From NCBI GenBank assembly GCA_963752595.1, contig CAVVYZ010000020.1:96001-160000 (forward strand): a stretch of DNA of 64,000 nucleotides, written 5' to 3'. Under the pieces are notes generated by a model, which was not told the origin of the DNA, searched no databases, and was given only the letters and a program-made list of their open reading frames with translations. The position numbers and the translations under genes are program-made. Source of the stretch: an uncultured delta proteobacterium (lineage in GTDB: Bacteria > Desulfobacterota > Desulfomonilia > UBA1062). Shown piece by piece: positions 50,778 to 64,000 of the stretch (position 1 is the first letter of the stretch; each line of letters opens with the position of its first letter).

Positions 50778-51493
50778 GGGTTAAGCTTGCCTTCGATCTG
50801 CTCCGGCGTCATCCCGAAACGCCTCTGCCGGCTGTGGAACCAGGAAATGGCGGCACCCAGGGCTTTTTCGTCGAAATCGGGCCAGAGGATGTCGGTGAAG
50901 TAGATCTCGGTATAGGCAAGCTGCCAGAGGAGGAAATTGCTGACGCGCCACTCTCCTCCTGTCCTGATCAGCAGGTCGGGATCGGGCATGAACGAGGTAT
51001 CGAGATATCGGGAAAAGGTCTCCTCGTCGAGCTCACTGTTCAGGGGACTGCTGCGGAGGACCTGCCGGATACCGCGGATGATGTCGTCCCTGCCGCCGTA
51101 ATTCAGGGCCACAGTGAGGTGGATGCCCTTGTTGTCTTTTGTCTTGTCTTTTGTGGCCTGAATCTTCTGCTGAAGCTTTTCCGGAAATTTGGCCAGGTCT
51201 CCGATGGTATGCAGGCACACGCCGCCTTCCATGAGCCTTTCAACCTCCCGGTCGATGAATCCCTCCAGCAGCCTGAAAAGGCCTTCCACCTCATCTTTGG
51301 GTCGTCTCCAGTTCTCTGAGGAGAAGGCATAGAGGGTAAGGTATGTGACGCCCCTTTGCTTCGCAGCCTCAACAATCTTCCTGGCAGCCTGGGAACCGGC
51401 TTCATGACCTTTGAGCCGTGTAAGCCCCCGGCCCTTGGCCCATCTTCCGTTTCCGTCCATGATGATTGCGAGGTGAACGATTTTGTTTTCCAT
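50774..51493 (-). CDS. uppS: Undecaprenyl diphosphate synthase
   Basis: IIMDGNGRWA, FSSENWRRP, IRTGGEWRVSNFLLWQ. Confidence 0.96.
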   Translation of the reverse strand: MENKIVHLAIIMDGNGRWAKGRGLTRLKGHEAGSQAARKIVEAAKQRGVTYLTLYAFSSENWRRPKDEVEGLFRLLEGFIDREVERLMEGGVCLHTIGDLAKFPEKLQQKIQATKDKTKDNKGIHLTVALNYGGRDDIIRGIRQVLRSSPLNSELDEETFSRYLDTSFMPDPDLLIRTGGEWRVSNFLLWQLAYTEIYFTDILWPDFDEKALGAAISWFHSRQRRFGMTPEQIEGKLNP

Positions 51494-51765
51494 ACGTCGG
51501 GCATTGTTAACACGCTGAAATTCATGGGTCAACAGATTTGGAGTGCTCCGCATGATGTCACTTGATTTCAGGAAAGAATGAGATATTATGAATCCAAAAT
51601 GAATATTTAATCATCTATAGAAAGTCTTGTATCATACCCTTTGGGTAGATAAGGGCTGCTATCCTGCTTAAAAGAAAATATCCCAGTCAAATAATACTCC
51701 TTGACTTTTAAGTGATCATTGAGATACAGACGATTTCTGCGCAAGCTATGGGTGCGCTAACTAGG

Positions 51766-51841
51766 GCTGGAGTAGCTCAATCGGTAGAGCAGCTGATTTG
51801 TAATCAGCAGGTTGCGGGTTCGAGTCCCATCTCCAGCTCCA
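51766..51841 (+). tRNA. tRNA-Thr(TGT)
   Basis: Cloverleaf, anticodon arm CTGAT-TTGTAA-TCAG, CCA end. Confidence 0.96.
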
Positions 51842-51850
51842 AGATTTGAG

Positions 51851-51935
<85 letters not shown>

Positions 51936-51999
51936 TGAAGATTTGAGGGATTGCAGGAGACGTAAGTCGTTAAGACTGCATATCCTTGTGAAAAGTGAT

Positions 52000-52076
52000 G
52001 CGGGAGTAGCTCAGTTGGCTAGAGCGTCAGCCTTCCAAGCTGAGGGTCGCGGGTTCGAATCCCGTTTCCCGCTCCA
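52000..52076 (+). tRNA. tRNA-Gly(TCC)
   Basis: TCAGC-CTTCCAA-GCTGA, CCA end. Confidence 0.96.
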
Positions 52077-52099
52077 TACCCGTCTCTTGTGGATATTAT

Positions 52100-52175
<76 letters not shown>

Positions 52176-52228
52176 TTTTCTATATTAGGCTTGTGCAGAG
52201 AAAAAAATACTATATAAGGGGGATGCAG

Positions 52229-53429
<1,201 letters not shown>

Positions 53430-53443
53430 GTTGGTGGAGCATC

Positions 53444-53594
53444 ATGAGAGACAGCATAACATTGGCATGTTCCGAGTGCAAGAGACGCAACTACACGTCC
53501 ACCCGGAACAAGAAGAAGAGTACGGAAAAGTTGGAGATGAAAAAGTACTGTGCATTCTGCAGGACTCATACTCGTGCATAAAGAGACAAAATAA
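53444..53594 (+). CDS. rpmG: 50S ribosomal protein L33 (Zn-binding type)
   Basis: Manual translation [17 protein letters not shown]...[13 protein letters not shown]...HKETK (one indel). Confidence 0.92.
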
Positions 53595-53603
53595 AAAAAG
53601 TGC

Positions 53604-53680
53604 AGGCCAGTAGCTCTAATTGGTAGAGCGCCGGACTCCAAATCCGGATGCTGGGGGTTCGAATCCCTCCTGGCCTGCCA
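53604..53680 (+). tRNA. tRNA-Trp(CCA)
   Basis: CCGGA-CTCCAAA-TCCGG, CCA end; canonical position before secE. Confidence 0.96.
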
Positions 53681-53695
53681 TAGTTTGGTAAAGAT

Positions 53696-53885
53696 ATGGA
53701 AAAAATAGAGGTCTTCAAAGAGAGTTCCTCAGGGAAGTCAAAGCCGAGTTGAACAAGGTCACCTGGACGGCAGGAAAGAGGTCATGAGCGGGACGATTGC
53801 AGTGCTCGTCCTGAGCGCGTTCGTCTCCATATTCCTGGCGCTCATAGACATCGGTCTGTCCCCTGTGGTCAGGCTGTTGAGTTGA
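53696..53885 (+). CDS. secE: Preprotein translocase subunit SecE (frameshifted)
   Basis: FLREVKAELNKVTW...TIAVLVLSAFVSIFLALIDIGL; synteny. Confidence 0.88.
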
Positions 53886-53890
53886 TGGGT

Positions 53891-54447
53891 ATGGAAGAGA
53901 ATATGGAAGAACACTGGATCACAAGTGGTACGTAGTTCATACCCACTCGAACTACGAGCAGAAGGCGAAGAAGTCTCTGGAAGAGAGGGTCAAGGCATTC
54001 CACGTCGAAGAGTTTTTCTCCGGCATACTCGTTCCCTCCGAGCAGGTCCCGAAGGCGCCCCAGGGCAAGAAGAAGTCGGCGAACAGGAGGACTTTCCCCG
54101 GATACATACTCGTACGGATGGTTCTCACCGACCAGACCTGGCACGTGGTGATGAATACGCCCAAGATAACCGGATTCGTCGGCGGCAGGACTTCCCCGTC
54201 CACCATCCCCGATTCTGAAGTGGAAACGCTTACGGGCCCAGCTCGAAGAAGGGGTGGAAGCGTCATGTCTACAAGAGCGAGTTCAATGTCGGTGATGAGG
54301 TGCTCGTCAACGAGGGACCATTCCAGAATTTCAGCGGCGTTGTGGACGATACCAAGCCTGACAAGGGCAAGGTCACGGGTGCTCGTGAGCATCTTCGGCA
54401 GATCCACACCGGTTGAGTTGAATTTTGATCAGATAACCAAGAAATAG
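53891..54447 (+). CDS. nusG: Transcription factor NusG (frameshifted)
   Basis: KWYVVHT, FPGYILVRM, NTPKITGFVG, VSIFGRSTPVEL. Confidence 0.92.
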
Positions 54448-54463
54448 ATCCAAGGGGTAGCAG

Positions 54464-54892
54464 ATGGCAAAAAAGAATGTACTGGCAAAAATCAAGATTC
54501 ATATCCCCGCAGGCGAAGCGAAACCTTCACCTCCTGTCGGACCTGCACTGGGACAGCACGGGGTGAACATCATGGAGTTCTGCAAGGCATTCAATGCTGC
54601 GACCGACAAGCAGCGGGGCTACAAGATACCGGTGCAGATCACGGTATACTCGGACCGTTCCTTTACCTTCATCACCAAGAGTCCGCCTGCATCGACCCTG
54701 CTCATCAAGGCAGCCGGAATCGAGAAAGGCTCCCAGGTCCCCAACAAGGACAAGGTGGCCAAGCTCACTACGGATCAGATCAAGGACATCGCCAACCAGA
54801 AGATGAAAGATCTGAACACCACCGACATGGAGATGGCCGTCAGGATCATCGCCGGCACTGCTCGGAGCATGGGCATTGAGATTGTTGATTAA
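54464..54892 (+). CDS. rplK: 50S ribosomal protein L11
   Basis: [24 protein letters not shown]. Confidence 0.97.
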   Translation: MAKKNVLAKIKIHIPAGEAKPSPPVGPALGQHGVNIMEFCKAFNAATDKQRGYKIPVQITVYSDRSFTFITKSPPASTLLIKAAGIEKGSQVPNKDKVAKLTTDQIKDIANQKMKDLNTTDMEMAVRIIAGTARSMGIEIVD

Positions 54893-54905
54893 GGAGAAGT
54901 GAGCT

Positions 54906-55613
54906 ATGGCGAAGAGTGGTAAGAAATACATTGAGGTCAGTAAAAACATCGATCCGCAGAAGAAATATAAGCTGGACGAAGCATTGAAGCTCGTCGTTGG
55001 AGGGCGCATACGCCAAGTTCGACGAGAGCGTCGACGTTGCGCTTAGGCTCGGTGTCGATCCGAGGCATGCGGACCAGATGGTACGCGGATCGCTCGTTCT
55101 CCCCCACGGGACGGGCAAGACGACCCGTATCCTCGTATTTGCAAAGGGCGAGAAGGAGAAAGAGGCTATCGATGCCGGCGCCGACTTATGCCGGTGCAGA
55201 GGATATTGCCGAGAAGATCCAGGGCGGATGGCTCGATTTCGACAAGGTCATCGCCACCCCGGATACCATGGGTACGGTCGGCAAGCTGGGAAAGATCCTG
55301 GGACCCAGGGGCCTGATGCCGAACCCCAAGCTCGGCACCGTGACCTTCGACGTGAGCAAGGCCGTTGGTGAAATGAAGGCCGGCCGCGTGGATTTCCGCG
55401 TGGACAAGGTGGGAATCGTCCATTGCGCCATCGGCAAGGTTTCCTTCGGCCAGGACAAGATCATGGACAACGTCAGGGCTCTCCTTGAGACTGATCATGA
55501 AGCTCAAGCCGTCATCGAGCAAGGGAACATATCTAAAGAGCGTGACGGTTTCGAGCACCATGGGTCCAGGCGTAAAGGTGGACCCGATCGAGGTTCCGCA
55601 GCTTTTGAAGTAA
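54906..55613 (+). CDS. rplA: 50S ribosomal protein L1 (frameshifted)
   Basis: [36 protein letters not shown]. Confidence 0.95.
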
Positions 55614-55625
55614 AGGAATAGCATC

Positions 55626-55697
55626 CTGGTCAAAGACAGCGGGCGTCTTTTGCAAAAAAGGCGGACTTAAAAATATCAGCCCGCCGAGATCTGGGAG
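55626..55697 (+). promoter_or_regulatory. Ribosomal protein L10 leader
   Basis: AAGACAGCGGG...CTTAA...CCCGCCGAG upstream of rplJ. Confidence 0.75.
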
Positions 55698-55753
55698 TCT
55701 CCCCGGCACCCTTTGACAGGATAGATCATAAAAGAAAGGGGTGAGGTAATTCA

Positions 55754-56275
55754 TTGAAGAAAGAACAGAAAGCAGTCACGGTCAATCAATTACATGATGA
55801 GCTGGGGATATCCCAGGCGGTCTTCATGACCGACTACATGGGCCTGAATGTCGAGAAGATTACCCAGCTGAGGAAGAGCGTCAAGGACGCAGGCGGAAAT
55901 TACCAGGTCGTCAAGAACACCCTCCTCGAGAGGGCTGCTGAAGATACACCGGCAAAGCTGCTCGAAGAGTCCTTCGCAGGACCGACAGCCATCGCCATGG
56001 CCTTCAAAGATCCTGTCGCCGTTGCAAAGATCCTGGTGAACTTTGCCAAGGATAACGAGAAGCTGGAGATCCAGTCCGGAGTGCTCGGCAGGCAGGTTCT
56101 GAAGGCTGACGATGTCCAGGCGCTCGCAAAGATGCCGGGCAGGGAAGAACTCCTGGCCAAGATGCTTGGCTCGATCAATGCTCCGGTTTCCAACTTTGTC
56201 GGAGTGTTTGCCGCAATGCTGAGGCAGCTGTTGTATGTGCTCAGTGCAATTGAAAAACAAAAACAAGGAGAGTAA
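55754..56275 (+). CDS. rplJ: 50S ribosomal protein L10
   Basis: [30 protein letters not shown]. Confidence 0.96.
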   Translation: MKKEQKAVTVNQLHDELGISQAVFMTDYMGLNVEKITQLRKSVKDAGGNYQVVKNTLLERAAEDTPAKLLEESFAGPTAIAMAFKDPVAVAKILVNFAKDNEKLEIQSGVLGRQVLKADDVQALAKMPGREELLAKMLGSINAPVSNFVGVFAAMLRQLLYVLSAIEKQKQGE

Positions 56276-56280
56276 GAGAA

Positions 56281-56671
56281 ATGGCTGAAATTACACGTGA
56301 AGATGTTATAAAATATATTGAGAATATGACGGTTCTTGAGCTGGCGGGTTTCGTAAAGGAGCTCGAGGAGAAGTTCGGCGTGAGCGCAGCGGCCCCGATG
56401 GGCATGGTAGCGGCAATGCCGGCAGGCGGTGCAGCCGCCTGCCGCAGAGGCTGAAGAGAAGACCGAATTCGACGTCGTCCTCAAGGATGCAGGCGCGCAG
56501 AAGATCCAGGTCATCAAGGTTGTCCGCGTCTCTGACGGACCTCGGCCTGAAAGAGGCAAAGGAAGCAGTCGAAGGCGCACCTAACACCATCAAGGCAGGT
56601 GTCTCCAAGGATGATGCAGAGGATGCAAAGAAGAAGCTCGAAGAGGTTGGTGCGTCGTAGAGATCAAGTAG
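56281..56671 (+). CDS. rplL: 50S ribosomal protein L7/L12 (frameshifted)
   Basis: [49 protein letters not shown]. Confidence 0.95.
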
Positions 56672-56698
56672 ATATAGGATACGAACAAAGGTAATAGT

Positions 56699-56724
56699 GG
56701 GGTTGGTGTATACCAGCCCCTTTT
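56699..56724 (+). terminator. Terminator/attenuator between rplL and rpoB
   Basis: GGGGTTGGT-GTAT-ACCAGCCCC followed by TTTT. Confidence 0.7.
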
Positions 56725-56783
56725 GTGCTCTCATTTATACATAAATAAAAAAACGCATAACCCAAAAAGAGGAAGACCGTAAG

Positions 56784-60941
<4,158 letters not shown>

Positions 60942-60958
60942 AGTTAAGGAGAGAAAGA

Positions 60959-64000
<3,042 letters not shown>

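Overview
Bacterial chromosome segment. Gene content suggests an anaerobic deltaproteobacterium (Desulfobacterota-like; inference). The left end (1-13.3 kb) is housekeeping and ion transport, including a c-di-AMP riboswitch in front of kup. The centre (about 13.5-37.9 kb) is a chromosomal integron: intI on +, attI at about 35.28 kb, and about 17 minus-strand cassettes with 16 recognisable short attC sites. The cassettes include four TA pairs, two HEPN-like proteins and one cassette with a class-1-type attC, and the array ends in an eroded tail without attC sites. Two copies of a 1709-bp IS1111-type (IS110 family) element sit at the same base of two attC sites. Their ~590-nt 3' non-coding region appears to encode a bridge/seek RNA with three guide loops: two match attC and one matches the IS circle junction. 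An IS4-family remnant disrupts another attC, and a 1412-bp DDE IS splits the putative intI/Pc promoters. The right part has oppABC, an EndoQ-UvrD fusion, a PEP-CTERM gene, uppS-cdsA-dxr-rseP-tsaB, a tRNA cluster and tuf-rpmG-secE-nusG-rplKAJL-rpoBC. RpoC carries a ~78-aa insertion. The many frameshifts in essential genes point to sequencing indel errors.
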